Below are positions 34,876-44,629 of a DNA stretch of 64,000 bases, piece after piece. The translations under genes and the position numbers were made by a program. This DNA comes from an uncultured bacterium (GTDB lineage: Bacteria > Muiribacteriota > Ozemobacteria > Ozemobacterales > Ozemobacteraceae), in NCBI GenBank assembly GCA_937949615.1, contig CALEDQ010000008.1:827556-891555 (forward strand), in the 5' to 3' direction. The stretch's first letter is position 1. Each line of letters starts with the position of its first letter. The notes below the pieces were generated by a model. That model was not told the origin of the DNA. It did not search any database and saw nothing but the letters and a program-made list of their open reading frames with translations.

Positions 34876-37326
34876 TTAAGCGCGGGAGGGGGAATTTTTG
34901 CCGGTCTGGCGCGGGTCGAGAGGATCATTATCGGCTTCGGGTTTGAAAACGACGACAGTGACACCAAGATCCCCTTCGCCGTAGCGACCAGAGCGAAATT
35001 TCTTTTTCCAGGGACTGCTTTTGAGATAATCGGTGATCGCCTTCTGCAGAGCTCCGGTGCCCTTGCCGTGAATAATGAACACTCGACCCAGGTCTGTCTC
35101 ACTGACGATCTTGAGATAGGTTTCGACTTCGTCGACAGCCTCTTCTACCCGCATGCCGCGCACATCGATTTCGCTTTTTATCAGGGGGCGAATCGCAAAT
35201 ACATTGCCGCCAGCCTTTTCTTTTTCAGTCGAGGACTTCTGCGAACCGGCCGCCAGTTCTGAAGCATGCACAACCATCATTTTTCCGTCGAAATCGACTT
35301 CGACACGCTTGCGGCCAGCCTGCCGGATTACGGTGCCCTGGCGCAGATTGAGTTTCCAGACTACATTCATGCCAGGCTTGAGCTCGTCAATTTTCAGCGA
35401 CGGCTTATCTGAAACCGGTGCAATACGGTCTTCTACCGGCTTATTCACTTCAGCCAGGCTCTTTCTGGTTTCTGAATGCGCCTGACGTGCCTCATCAAGA
35501 GCTTTCAGCATTTCTGGCGACTCATTTTTCGTAGCAATCTGCCGCAACCGATTGATCAGAGTTTCGATGTCACGCAATCTGGCGCGCAATTCGACGGTAA
35601 ATTCTTCGGTGAGTTTGTCGCGTTTTGTTTTGCGGAATTCCTGCAGCTGCTGGGTGGTTTTTTCGATTTCCTGCTCGCGGGCGCGCAGAGTCGACAGCTT
35701 CTGAACATAAGTTCTTCGCAGAGCCTCGGCGCGGTTGCGTTCGCGTTCGATGGCTTCTATAAGCCCTTTTTCATCGCGGCGCTCACCGGCATTAGACTGC
35801 ACCAGTTCAGCAAGAACCGATTCTGGCAGCCCGAATACTCTTGCCATCGCGAGAGCGTTACTCTTGCCGGGAATACCGATCTGAAAGCGAAACGTCGGCT
35901 TGAAGGTCTCGTAATCGAATTCCATGGCGGCATTGATGAAACCCTCGGTGGTAAACGCAACATGTTTTAGAGAATCATAATGAGAAGTCACGACACAGAA
36001 GGCGCCACGCGAACTCAGTTCTTTGAGAAAGCCTGAAGCCAGCGCCCCACCCTCGACCGGGTCAGTACCGACACAGATTTCGTCGATCAGAATAAGAGAA
36101 TGTGCGCCACCGATATCGATCATCTCTTTCAGGCGTTTGAGATGCGCGGTAAAAGTCGAAAGATGATCTTCGATGCTCTGACTCTCACCAATGTCGGAAA
36201 GCACCTGATGAAAAACCGGTATTCTGGCGTCACGGGCCGCGAGAACATAGTTGCCGGTCTGCATCAATAGAGCATTGATCCCTACTGTTTTCAAAGCAAC
36301 CGTTTTACCGCCGCCGTTCGGGCCGGTAATGATTATACAGCGCTGAGCAGAATTCATCTTTATGTCGAGAGGCACGCAGTTAGGATGGATCAGGGGATGA
36401 CGAGCCTGATTCAACAACAGATCCGACTTGTCAGAGACTTCGGGACGACTGGCCTCATATCTGATCGAGAACTCGCTGCGGGCCCGCACCATATCGAGCC
36501 AGGTGAGGGTTTCAAACTGTTCGGTCATCGCCCCGAGCGACTGATAAAGCAGTGAAGTCAGGCTGTTGAAAATCTTTCGAATTTCTTCGCGTTCAGAAAG
36601 CCGCAGCTGCGCCAGACGGTTGTTGACCGGCAAAAACTGCAGGGGCTCGATAAATACCGTCTGCCCGGTAGCAGACTGATCATGCACGATACCCTGAATA
36701 CGGCTCTGAGCCGAAGCGAGAACCGGCACGACATAGCGATCGTTGCGCAGCGTAAAATAACGGTCCTGAACGTCTTCGGCATGATGCGCCAGAAATGCCG
36801 CCAGCTGTTTCTCGATGTTGCCGACTGTCTGCGTATATTCACGGCGTATCGAGGCAAGAGCCGGTGAAGCGTCATTACGCACCTGTCCCCGGTCATCGAG
36901 ACAGTCGTCAATTCTCTGAAAAAGCCCGGAAAGCAGCGGCATGCCGCGAATCCGCTCAGCAATACGCCCCTGGGTTTTAAGCGTAATGCTGGCAGCGTGG
37001 CTGTCAAAAGCCTTTCTCAGCCCGGCAGCCGTTTCGATATTGGCTTTGACTTTGAGAAAATCTTCTGAACCGAGAACGGTCGAACCGGCCTGCAGAATCT
37101 CGATAATTTCACGAATATCGCGAAGACCGCCCGGATTGATTTTTACACCGGAATGTGAATATTCGAGGTATTCGTCAATTTCGGCCAGCCAGCCACTGAT
37201 CTGATTGGCATCAGTAGAAGGGTGCAACGTCAGAATTTTTTCTTTGGCAGCACGCGAACCGGCGAACGAAGCGATGATCGCCAGTATTTTGTTGAATTCT
37301 AAATTGTCTAATGATTTCTGTTCCAC
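34876..37326 (-). CDS. mutS2: Endonuclease MutS2 (MutS domain plus C-terminal Smr domain)
   Basis: Walker A IITGPNGGGKTVALKT is present. There is a long coiled-coil, and the C-terminal Smr domain includes IDVRGMRVEEAVDEVETYL...IHGKGTGALQ. Confidence 0.9.
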   Translation of the reverse strand: MEQKSLDNLEFNKILAIIASFAGSRAAKEKILTLHPSTDANQISGWLAEIDEYLEYSHSGVKINPGGLRDIREIIEILQAGSTVLGSEDFLKVKANIETAAGLRKAFDSHAASITLKTQGRIAERIRGMPLLSGLFQRIDDCLDDRGQVRNDASPALASIRREYTQTVGNIEKQLAAFLAHHAEDVQDRYFTLRNDRYVVPVLASAQSRIQGIVHDQSATGQTVFIEPLQFLPVNNRLAQLRLSEREEIRKIFNSLTSLLYQSLGAMTEQFETLTWLDMVRARSEFSIRYEASRPEVSDKSDLLLNQARHPLIHPNCVPLDIKMNSAQRCIIITGPNGGGKTVALKTVGINALLMQTGNYVLAARDARIPVFHQVLSDIGESQSIEDHLSTFTAHLKRLKEMIDIGGAHSLILIDEICVGTDPVEGGALASGFLKELSSRGAFCVVTSHYDSLKHVAFTTEGFINAAMEFDYETFKPTFRFQIGIPGKSNALAMARVFGLPESVLAELVQSNAGERRDEKGLIEAIERERNRAEALRRTYVQKLSTLRAREQEIEKTTQQLQEFRKTKRDKLTEEFTVELRARLRDIETLINRLRQIATKNESPEMLKALDEARQAHSETRKSLAEVNKPVEDRIAPVSDKPSLKIDELKPGMNVVWKLNLRQGTVIRQAGRKRVEVDFDGKMMVVHASELAAGSQKSSTEKEKAGGNVFAIRPLIKSEIDVRGMRVEEAVDEVETYLKIVSETDLGRVFIIHGKGTGALQKAITDYLKSSPWKKKFRSGRYGEGDLGVTVVVFKPEADNDPLDPRQTGKNSPSRA

Positions 37327-37470
37327 GGATGAACTCTGTAATAGTTATGGCGGAAATAAATACAGCCACGGATAAACACGGATGAACACGAATGAGAGGC
37401 TAGCGGATTATCTGCAATAATACGCGGTAATATGCGGGGGTTCAGCATGCCGAACCCCCGACGTTATTTT

Positions 37471-39303
37471 TTATTCTACTGTTACTGATTTAGCGAGGTT
37501 GCGGGGCTGATCGACATCAAGGCCGCGCAGATCGGCGACGTAGTAGGCGAACAGCTGCAGCGGCACGACATTGATGATCGGTGAGAAAATGTCGGAAACC
37601 TTTGGCACTTCGATGACGTGATCGGTCAGAGCTCGAATTTCGTGATCGCCTTCGGTGGCGATGGCAAGCAGGCGACCGGAGCGCGCCTGAACTTCCTTGA
37701 GGTTCGAAATCGTTTTGTCATAGAGTTCAGATTCGGTGACAATAGCCATTACCGGCATTTCGTGATCGATCAGAGCGATGGGTCCATGCTTCATCTCGCC
37801 GGCAGCATAGCCTTCGGCATGAATATAGCTCAGTTCTTTAAGTTTCAAAGCCCCTTCAAGTGCGGTCGGGTAATTCAGACCGCGGCCGAGAAACAGAAAA
37901 CTGCGGGCGTCGAGATATTTCGATGCCAGATCGCGGATCTGTTCATGCTTGTCGAGAACTCTTTCTATCTGCTGGGGCAGAACTTTGAGCTCACGGATCT
38001 TTTCCTGCACATAAGCCGGGTCGAGGACAGAACGAATCTTGCCCAGCATCAGCGCCAGAAGAGTCAGAGCGGTCAGCATGGCGATATAGGCTTTGGTTGA
38101 GGCAACGCCGATTTCCGGGCCGGCATGAATATAGACCAGACCATCGACTTCGCGGGTCAATGAAGATTCTTTCGCATTAACGATACCAAGAACCTTGGCT
38201 CCGCGTTTGCGGGCTTCTTTAACGGCAGCGAGGGTGTCGGCAGTTTCGCCCGACTGACTGATGGCTATTACCAGGGTATTCGAATCGACAAGTGGCGAGC
38301 GATACCGAAATTCACTGGCGAGATCACACTCAACCGGTATTTTTACCAGACTCTCGATAAGATATTTACCAACACAGGCCGAGTAATAAGCGGTACCGCA
38401 GGCAACCATGACGATGCGCTGGGCACGATAAATGTCTGGGCCGGTAAGCTTTAGTTCTTCGAGGTAAATCTTGCCTTCTTCTTCAGAAGTGCGACCGCCG
38501 ATAGTGTTGCGAATAACCTGCGGCTGCTCGTAAATTTCTTTCAGCATGAAGTGCGAGAAACCGCCTTTTTCTGCCGCAACAGGGTTCCAGTCGATCTGAA
38601 CCGGGTTTTTGACAACTGACTCGCCGCCAAGAGCGAAGAATTCGATGCCTGAGCGGCTGACTACGGCACCTTCAAAATTATCCAGATAGACAACTTTGCG
38701 TGTGTATTGCAGAATTGCAGTTACATCTGAGGCAACGAAGTTTTCATCCTTGCCCAGTCCGACGATCAGCGGGCTTTCTTTGCGCATGCAAACAATCTGC
38801 TCGGGGTGATCACGGTGAATTACGGCAATGGCATAAGCCCCTTCCACCGATTTGACCGCATCGAGAACTGCCTGCTTCAGATCGCCTTTATAGTTGGCTT
38901 CAATCAGGTGAGCAAGCACTTCAGAATCGGTTTCTGAAGAAAAATGGTGACCTGAGTCAGTGAGGCTTTTGCGCAGCTTCATGAAATTCTCGATGATGCC
39001 GTTATGGGCCACCATCAGAGTACTCTGACAATCGCCATGTGGATGGGCATTGAAGGCAGAAGGCCGGCCATGCGTTGCCCAGCGGGTATGCCCGATACCA
39101 ATCGTCGAGGCCGAGGCAAATTCATCGACCAGCATTTTTCTGATATTGCGCAGTTTACCAATATCTTTGCGCACATGGATTTTCTTGTCATCGACAACGG
39201 CGATGCCGGCTGAATCATAGCCACGGTATTCTAGACGGGTCAACCCGTCGAAAATCACTTCATTCGCGGGTTTGCTGCCAATATATCCGATAATTCCGCA
39301 CAT
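37471..39303 (-). CDS. glmS: Glutamine--fructose-6-phosphate aminotransferase
   Basis: Start set at MCGIIGYIG (the Cys nucleophile directly follows Met). An AAAGGAA Shine-Dalgarno is present. Two SIS domains and the C-terminal ...VDQPRNLAKSVTVE are typical of GlmS. Confidence 0.9.
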   Translation of the reverse strand: MCGIIGYIGSKPANEVIFDGLTRLEYRGYDSAGIAVVDDKKIHVRKDIGKLRNIRKMLVDEFASASTIGIGHTRWATHGRPSAFNAHPHGDCQSTLMVAHNGIIENFMKLRKSLTDSGHHFSSETDSEVLAHLIEANYKGDLKQAVLDAVKSVEGAYAIAVIHRDHPEQIVCMRKESPLIVGLGKDENFVASDVTAILQYTRKVVYLDNFEGAVVSRSGIEFFALGGESVVKNPVQIDWNPVAAEKGGFSHFMLKEIYEQPQVIRNTIGGRTSEEEGKIYLEELKLTGPDIYRAQRIVMVACGTAYYSACVGKYLIESLVKIPVECDLASEFRYRSPLVDSNTLVIAISQSGETADTLAAVKEARKRGAKVLGIVNAKESSLTREVDGLVYIHAGPEIGVASTKAYIAMLTALTLLALMLGKIRSVLDPAYVQEKIRELKVLPQQIERVLDKHEQIRDLASKYLDARSFLFLGRGLNYPTALEGALKLKELSYIHAEGYAAGEMKHGPIALIDHEMPVMAIVTESELYDKTISNLKEVQARSGRLLAIATEGDHEIRALTDHVIEVPKVSDIFSPIINVVPLQLFAYYVADLRGLDVDQPRNLAKSVTVE

Positions 39304-39331
39304 AACAGAAGAATTTCCTTTCGAAATTGTT

Positions 39332-40954
39332 TCAGAATTTAACTTTTCCGGGGCGCAGATTCTGGCCTTCAGGAGCCTTAGCTCCACCACTCTCGCCTTT
39401 CAGCTTTTCAGAAAGACGGGCGATACCTTCCTCGGCCTGCTGGGCATAAGCGGTTTCCTTGAACTGTTCAGCGATCTCACGATAGGCAACCATTGCGTCT
39501 TCTTCCTGCCCAGAAGTTTCAAGAAACTGTGCATATTCAAAAGAAGCGCGGGGCTGACCGGCCGACAGCTGCAGGTATTCGCTGAAATACTCTTTTGCCT
39601 TCTCTTTTTCACCATTGCGCAAAGCAGCAGAAGCACGCAAATATGGCACCTGCGGGTGGCGCATCTTTTTTTCGACTGCCTGCAGATGCTCTTCGGCATC
39701 ACCAACCGCGCCACTCATTATCAGGCCTTCGGCAAGAACCAGTCTGGCATCAATATTATCAGGGAATTCACGCATAATCGCAGCAGCTTCTTCGAGGCCG
39801 CGCGCGACATTGAAGCCGCGCACCAACGCCAGGGCTCGCAGTGACCGGTATTTAAGACTACCAGGAACGGCCAGCATCGCTTTTCCAGCTTCTTCGGCCG
39901 CTTCATCGAAAAGTTTATTCTCTATGAGAATAAGAGCTTTGATATAGTTGGCTTCTGGGTTACCGCCGCCAGCTGCGATAACTTTGTTAACCATCTCAGA
40001 GGCTTCTTCGATTTTTCCCTGGTAGAGTTTGATCTGAGCGAGACCGATTCTGGCGTCAGAAACTTCGGCATCTTTTTTAAGAATTTTATCGAAGACTTCC
40101 TCGGCTTCCTTGAAGCGCCCCTGTTTAACGATGGCATCGGCGAGGTTGAGCATGGCAAAGACGTCTTCTTTGATTTCGATGGCTTTGCGAAACTGCTCTT
40201 CAGCCTTTTTGTAATCGTCCATGGCCCGATAGCAGTCTCCCATGAGAAATCGGCTCTGAAAGCTTTTGCTGTCAGCGGCCAGAGCTTTTTCAAAGTCTTT
40301 GATCGCCTCAGCATACTTGCCAGTGTTGAATTTTACCAGGCCGAGGTGATGCAATGCCTTTGCATTTGCGGGCTCTTTCGCAAGAATCTCATTGAGAAGA
40401 GTTGTTGCGGAAGCATAAAGTTCTTCATCAATTTTTTCGATGGCAAGATCGAGCGGCGTTTTTTCCTTTGGCGGAGCGATTTCGCGCGTATGGGTACTGA
40501 CCACAGGCTCGCGCATCGTATCGAGAGACTGATAACCGCCAAGAACGACTTCTTTCGGAACAGAGCGCACGGTTGCCTGCTGCTGTTTCTGCTGCTGAAC
40601 CTTGGCAATCTCGCCTTCGAGCTGCTTTACCAGATCAGAATACTGCTTTTCGGCAGGTTTGGCGGCAGCGAGACGGCGGGCGTGACTGAGAGCAAGTTCG
40701 CGGTTTCCCGACATGGCGAGGCTATAGACAAGATAGAACCTTGCCTGTTCGTGCTCCGGCGCCATATCGACGACCTGCCCGAGGTAATCGGCTGCCCCGC
40801 TGTAATCTTTGGCGGCATACAGACGCAGACCTTGGTCAAGCAGAGCCGGAACCAGGTCCTGGGCTGTGCCGATGCCAAAACCTGACAAAATAAACATGGC
40901 AATAATCACAAAGAGTCGAGCCCGGCCATTTGAGCTGTTTTTTGCGGGTTTCAT
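39332..40954 (-). CDS. Secreted TPR-repeat protein
   Basis: A signal peptide (RARLFVIIAMFILSGFGIGTA) is followed by more than 10 TPR-like repeats (AxxxLGxxxxxxGxYxEAxxxFxKAL pattern). Confidence 0.75.
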   Translation of the reverse strand: MKPAKNSSNGRARLFVIIAMFILSGFGIGTAQDLVPALLDQGLRLYAAKDYSGAADYLGQVVDMAPEHEQARFYLVYSLAMSGNRELALSHARRLAAAKPAEKQYSDLVKQLEGEIAKVQQQKQQQATVRSVPKEVVLGGYQSLDTMREPVVSTHTREIAPPKEKTPLDLAIEKIDEELYASATTLLNEILAKEPANAKALHHLGLVKFNTGKYAEAIKDFEKALAADSKSFQSRFLMGDCYRAMDDYKKAEEQFRKAIEIKEDVFAMLNLADAIVKQGRFKEAEEVFDKILKKDAEVSDARIGLAQIKLYQGKIEEASEMVNKVIAAGGGNPEANYIKALILIENKLFDEAAEEAGKAMLAVPGSLKYRSLRALALVRGFNVARGLEEAAAIMREFPDNIDARLVLAEGLIMSGAVGDAEEHLQAVEKKMRHPQVPYLRASAALRNGEKEKAKEYFSEYLQLSAGQPRASFEYAQFLETSGQEEDAMVAYREIAEQFKETAYAQQAEEGIARLSEKLKGESGGAKAPEGQNLRPGKVKF

Positions 40955-40986
40955 AAATTCTCCATCTGGTTCAACAGACTTTTAGG

Positions 40987-41340
40987 TCAGGCCGCCAGTA
41001 TCGACATGGCTTCGGTTTCGCTGCCAACCTGCTGTGCCATGAAAAATAGACCTGACATTTCGAGGACGACGGAATGATGTTTATCGAGGCCCCAGACAGC
41101 TATCTGCCCGGCAAAATCGTCGACGACCATACCGCTGATATCGAGAAGAGCGGCAACACCAGGGCTGCTTATCAGCTCGATCGTTGAAAAGTCGAGAGCA
41201 AACCGGCTGAGGCCGGTATCCAGGCATTTCTGCACATGCGCTTTCAAAGTGGTTCCACCGGTATCTTCAAGATAGCCCTTCAGCCGCATAATTTCGATCT
41301 GGCCACGGGTTTCTGAATTAAACGAGAATTGTTGATACAT
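40987..41340 (-). CDS. STAS-domain protein (anti-sigma-factor antagonist family)
   Basis: Start set at MYQQFSF with a GGGAGG Shine-Dalgarno 5 nt upstream. The product is ~117 aa. A STAS-like core is present (LDFSTIELISSPGVAALLDI). Confidence 0.65.
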   Translation of the reverse strand: MYQQFSFNSETRGQIEIMRLKGYLEDTGGTTLKAHVQKCLDTGLSRFALDFSTIELISSPGVAALLDISGMVVDDFAGQIAVWGLDKHHSVVLEMSGLFFMAQQVGSETEAMSILAA

Positions 41341-41923
41341 CCGAACCTCCCATAGGTTATAGAGTCTCAATACTATACTGAACAAGCTCTACAAAGCAAC
41401 CCCATAAAGAAACGCGGACATGGCAAACCGCGGGAATCTCCAGATAAAATCATGCAGGATGCCCTGCTGCGCAGGAATGACGGGCAGGCGGGCTAAAATA
41501 AAAAATGTGCCGTTTTAAGCGACACATTGAAAGGGAGTTAGGGATTTGGTTGTCCATTCACTTCAGGTCAACTCAAGTTAAAGTTGAACCTTACATGAAC
41601 TTCAAAATTCATATCGACGTATAAAGTTAAAGTATTTAGCTTTTTTTTAACTTTTTTATTTTTTCTTGCTTTTAATGATTTCAAAAGTCATCGAACATGA
41701 CAAAAATCTTTCCTAGCCAATCTTATAAGATGTTTCATAAATGGAACACCATCGGCAACAGGCCAAAACGTGGCAACAAAGTTATAGAACCACGATTTTT
41801 TCAGGGATCTTAGGCAAAAGTTATTTTTTAAAATTTACGGGCTCAATGTCGGCAGTTTTTGTGACGATAGGGAAATTACCGGTTAGTAAACATAATAAAA
41901 GAAAGATTTCGGAGGTAAACTCA

Positions 41924-42145
41924 ATGAAGAAAGAAAGCCTCATGACAATTCCAGAGTTGATGGACTTTCTGCAGGTCAAGCGCAATACTATCTACACTCT
42001 GAGAAATCTGGGTTTGCCAACAGTCAAGATCGGCAGATCAGTGCGTTTTCGTGCTGACAGCGTCATCAGATGGCTGAGTGACCTTGAAAAGACCAGCAAT
42101 TCACCGGTAAGCGGCCTGATTCACGACAACGCTCATCTGCTTTAA
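41924..42145 (+). CDS. Small helix-turn-helix DNA-binding protein (AlpA/excisionase-like, MerR-type HTH_17)
   Basis: A GGAGG Shine-Dalgarno sits 7 nt upstream of the ATG at 41924. The product is MKKESLMTIPELMDFLQVKRNTIYTLRNLGLPTVKIGRSVRFRADSVIRWL. The longer ORF from 41741 lacks a Shine-Dalgarno and is AT-rich. Confidence 0.6.
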   Translation: MKKESLMTIPELMDFLQVKRNTIYTLRNLGLPTVKIGRSVRFRADSVIRWLSDLEKTSNSPVSGLIHDNAHLL

Positions 42146-42319
42146 ACGACGATCATGAACGACTCGGCACGGGAAATTTTTTATCTGCTCAGTTTTTCGG
42201 TCGGCACTGGATTCATGCTGAGCAAAACGCTGTTCGCACTTTACAAGGAGTGGCAGAATGACAAAAGCCTCGAAAAGAGCCGCAATCGGCGCTTGAGGCC
42301 ATAACAGAAATTTCATGAC

Positions 42320-42362
42320 AAAAAGGGCTGCGGGATTAACCCCGCAGCCCTTTGTTTTTTTC
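42320..42362. terminator. Bidirectional rho-independent terminator between the HTH gene and slt
   Basis: Stem agggctgcggg (42324-42334) pairs with cccgcagccct (42340-42350) around loop attaa. T7 lies downstream on the plus strand and an A-tract gives a U-run on the minus strand. Confidence 0.65.
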
Positions 42363-42375
42363 GGCTTTGTCTCTA

Positions 42376-44427
42376 TTACAAAGTTTTATAAAGACGGGTG
42401 TAATTCCAGTGACTGCCCATAACCTTCTTATAATAGTCGCGGGTTTCGGGCAACGGAACACGGTCGAGACGTTCGAGCACCGGAAGACCGGCAAATGGTC
42501 CGGCTTCGACCTTTCTCTGAATATTACCCTGACCGCCGTTATAGGACGCAGAAGCAAGATAGAGATCACCGTTGAAAAGATCGGCAAGATAGCGCAGATA
42601 CCAGGAACCGTAGCGAATGTTAAGGTCGGCATCCCAGAGTCTGTCCTTTTTAAAACCTTTCTCACCGAGTTTGCCGGCAATCCATTTACCGGTATTGGGC
42701 AGAATCTGCATCAGACTCATGGCATTGCTGCGCGACAGGGTGTCAGGCTTGAAATGACTTTCTTCGCGCATGATTGAGAGAATCCAGAACGGATCAATCC
42801 CGAATTTACGGGCATTCTCGCGCACCTGTTTTTCATAAACCACTGGATAAAGTGCTTGCCAGCCCCATTCTGGCATTTCGACCAGTGACCGGTCAGCATC
42901 GAGAATCTGGCGTGCCAGGCGTTCTCCGTAGGCTACAATCTGGTTATAATCACCGTTTTCTCTGGCAATATCGATTATCGCCTTATACAAGGCAAGGTTT
43001 GCCGGATTTTTGTCAGTCAGACGTATTGCTTCAGCTCTTGCCTGACCTGCAAACGGACTTTTCCAGAGTTTTTTCAGGGCGGCAACTCTTGTCTGCAGAG
43101 CAGGCGACAGTTTGCCGGTTTTGCCGTTCTGAAGAATCAGATTTTCTTTCATCGACTGAGGCGAAACCCAGCCAACAAAGAATGAATTCGGGTATTTTTT
43201 CTTCAGAAGCTTGATGATAGCCTGACCTTCCTGCGTCTGAGGTCCAACCGCCATGGCAGAATAACCAAGCGCGTCGTCAGCGCGGTGATGCCCGGGGAAA
43301 CTGCGGCTGAGCAGCATAAAGAAAGGCACCGCGCGTGATTTCTGGCCGGCGTCGTAGCATTCGAGGCCCATTTCATAAATATGAACCGGCAGAAGCGGCC
43401 CGGCCATCGGCTGCGTTGCCAGTCTGCCCATGATTTCGAGAGCTTCGGCATCGCGGCCGATTCTGAAAGCCGAACGCATCAGGCGATATTCGGCGGCAAT
43501 AAGATTGGCAGGGAATCTTTTGAACTTGAGAACTTCTCGATAATCGGCGGCGGCAGAAGAGTGGTTTTCGGCAAAATGGTGCGCATCACCACGCAGCTGA
43601 TAAGCCAGCGTCATGGTTTCTGCACTCGCCTTCCGGCCGGAGATAACGGCATTGAAAATTTCCATTGCCTGCGGCAACTTATTCTGCTGTCTCAGATTGT
43701 CGGCTCTGAAAATCTCCGCAGCCTGCTGACCAAACCTGCCGAACAGAGCGGCGTAATTATGAGGTTTCTTGAAAAACTCGCCAATCAAGCCTTCATAAGA
43801 GGCAGAGAGAAGAATTTCAACCCATTCTTCATCGATAAACTGGTATTGTTCCGGATTCTGCAGAATTTTTTTCAGCAGGTCATGACATGCCGGTGCCTGG
43901 CGATAAAAAGTACTGTCAGAACGAAACTGCCGAACTGCATTCAAAGCAAACCGGCTCTTGCGGGCCCCGCTAAGAAACGGCAGTTCAGAAAGCTTAACCA
44001 TAGCAGTACCGCGCTGCCATGGAGTTGCCAGCTCAGATGCTTTTTTTTCAAGCCTGACTGCTGAATTTTCATCGGCAGCAGTTTCAAGCTGCAGCATGAA
44101 GCGAGGCATCTGGCTCTGAAAAGCCGATTCGCCATCAGGAAACTGGCTGACGATACGCTCATATAATGCCAGGGCTTCTGCCTTCCGACCAAGATTTTTC
44201 AGAGCTTCGGCTTCGAGAAACAGTCTGAGGTCATTGAGCTCTGCCGAGGCTTTCAAACCCTGCAGACGAGCGAGCAGATCAGCATGTTTCCCGCCCTCAA
44301 AAAGTCTGGCGACCTCGGCAAGATTTTTGTCAAAAGACTGACAGAAAGCTGATGCCGAAATAAATAAGAGAAGGATCAAAAACAGCAAAGTTTGCGCAAA
44401 CTTTAACTTGAACTTTAAGATTGTCAT
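42376..44427 (-). CDS. Soluble lytic murein transglycosylase (Slt70-like; superhelical N-domain plus SLT catalytic domain)
   Basis: Start set at MTILKFKL (signal peptide) with an AAGGAG Shine-Dalgarno. The C-terminal SLT motif is EESHFKPDTLSRSNAMSLMQILPNTG. The N-terminal region is TPR/superhelical-like. Confidence 0.8.
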   Translation of the reverse strand: MTILKFKLKFAQTLLFLILLLFISASAFCQSFDKNLAEVARLFEGGKHADLLARLQGLKASAELNDLRLFLEAEALKNLGRKAEALALYERIVSQFPDGESAFQSQMPRFMLQLETAADENSAVRLEKKASELATPWQRGTAMVKLSELPFLSGARKSRFALNAVRQFRSDSTFYRQAPACHDLLKKILQNPEQYQFIDEEWVEILLSASYEGLIGEFFKKPHNYAALFGRFGQQAAEIFRADNLRQQNKLPQAMEIFNAVISGRKASAETMTLAYQLRGDAHHFAENHSSAAADYREVLKFKRFPANLIAAEYRLMRSAFRIGRDAEALEIMGRLATQPMAGPLLPVHIYEMGLECYDAGQKSRAVPFFMLLSRSFPGHHRADDALGYSAMAVGPQTQEGQAIIKLLKKKYPNSFFVGWVSPQSMKENLILQNGKTGKLSPALQTRVAALKKLWKSPFAGQARAEAIRLTDKNPANLALYKAIIDIARENGDYNQIVAYGERLARQILDADRSLVEMPEWGWQALYPVVYEKQVRENARKFGIDPFWILSIMREESHFKPDTLSRSNAMSLMQILPNTGKWIAGKLGEKGFKKDRLWDADLNIRYGSWYLRYLADLFNGDLYLASASYNGGQGNIQRKVEAGPFAGLPVLERLDRVPLPETRDYYKKVMGSHWNYTRLYKTL

Positions 44428-44544
44428 CTGATTCTCCTTGTGTGTTCTTTGTACCAAAAAGTTTGTGCGGTTTTCAAGTGGCGTAAACAGGACATTTCGC
44501 CCGGTCAGCAACCTGCCGGAGTCCGCATGCGGTACTGATTGTCG

Positions 44545-44573
44545 TTGCAATTCCAAAAAATTTCCTGTATAAA
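44545..44573 (+). promoter_or_regulatory. Sigma-70 promoter candidate TTGCAA-N17-TATAAA for the EF-G-like gene
   Basis: The -35 is at 44545-44550 and the -10 at 44568-44573, with a 17-nt spacer. It lies about 55 nt upstream of the ATG at 44630. Confidence 0.5.
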
Positions 44574-44629
44574 TATGAGATTAAATTTTGTTAACCACTG
44601 TTTTAAACAGTATTTTTTAGGAGAAATGC

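Noticed and set aside
34789-35262. 157-aa plus-strand ORF
   Set aside because: It overlaps the 3' end of mutS2 on the opposite strand, and the Smr domain reads cleanly on the minus strand.
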